NCBI RefSeq assembly: GCF_001194135.2
Contig: NC_069005.1
Location: 7,798,026-7,862,025, forward strand
Direction of reading: 5' to 3'
Length of the DNA stretch: 64,000 bases
Source: Octopus bimaculoides
Taxonomy: Eukaryota
The stretch's first letter is position 1. Each line of letters opens with the position of its first letter. Under the pieces are notes generated by a model, which worked only from the letters and a program-made list of their open reading frames with translations, had not been told where the DNA came from and made no database searches. The position numbers and the translations under genes were made by a program. Below, piece after piece: positions 63,430-64,000 of the stretch.

Positions 63430-64000
63430 GTGTGATACCGGTGATAAAAATATAGAGAAAATATAAATGTTGGTTAAACAGAGTGCTGTAGACAAGGACT
63501 ACGACAGCAGCACTAATATTCTTTGTAACATTTATCAGTAACCCTTTTGCATTTAAACCAGCCATATCCAGCCCACCAGCACAAATATTCTACCTGTTTT
63601 ATGTTCAAACAGGCCAATCTGGCCTCTCATACTTACCCTAAAAGAAAGAATATTTACGATATTGAAATCTCAAAGCTACGAGATAATGCATTCAAAGCAA
63701 TGCGCAAGAACAATTATCATGAATGCTAAAATGTTAACCTTGTGCTATAATATTGCTAATATTTAATTCTTTATTGCCCACAAGGGGCTAAACATAGAGG
63801 GGACAAACAAGGACAGACAAAGGGATCTAAGTCGATTACATCGACCCCAGTGCTTAACTGGTACTGGTTTAATCGATCCCGAAAAGATGAAAGGTAAAGT
63901 CGACCTCGGCGGAATTTGAACTCGGAACATAACGGCAGACGAAATACTGTTAAGCATTTCGCCTGGCGTGCTAACGATTCTTATTTCTTTATTGCCCACA

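Noticed and set aside
63115-63495. Met-rich and His-rich ORFs
   Set aside because: They are translations of the (GAT)n/(ATC)n microsatellite.

Overview
AT-rich eukaryotic genomic DNA with ten N-gaps, dense in microsatellites and SINE/LINE/MITE relics. The repeat content suggests a coleoid cephalopod, probably Octopus (inference). Three spliced protein-coding genes were reconstructed by eye from GT-AG junctions and codon phase. (1) Unkempt (UNK/UNKL family CCCH zinc-finger RNA-binding protein), minus strand, coding exons 1-2 at 4459-4404 and 4290-4081; the rest lies left of the window. (2) RBMX2/Snu17 (RES-complex RRM splicing factor), minus strand, 5 coding exons from 46945 to 20591, 577 aa, with a 21.2 kb first intron and a long Tyr/Arg heptad-repeat tail. 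(3) An ERICH6/FAM194-family gene, plus strand, from ATG 49401 to stop 63113, head-to-head with RBMX2; at least one exon is unresolved at a gap. The most notable non-genic signal is a minimal type I hammerhead-ribozyme motif (17740-17782, minus strand) inside a ~336-bp partially tandem repeat of Penelope/retrozyme type, with more degenerate hammerhead-like cores elsewhere. Other points of interest are a possible restorative A-to-I editing site in RBMX2, a uORF whose stop overlaps the RBMX2 start codon, several fold-back elements, and a TIR element carrying (TTAGGG)n. No CRISPR array, rRNA or bona fide tRNA is supported.
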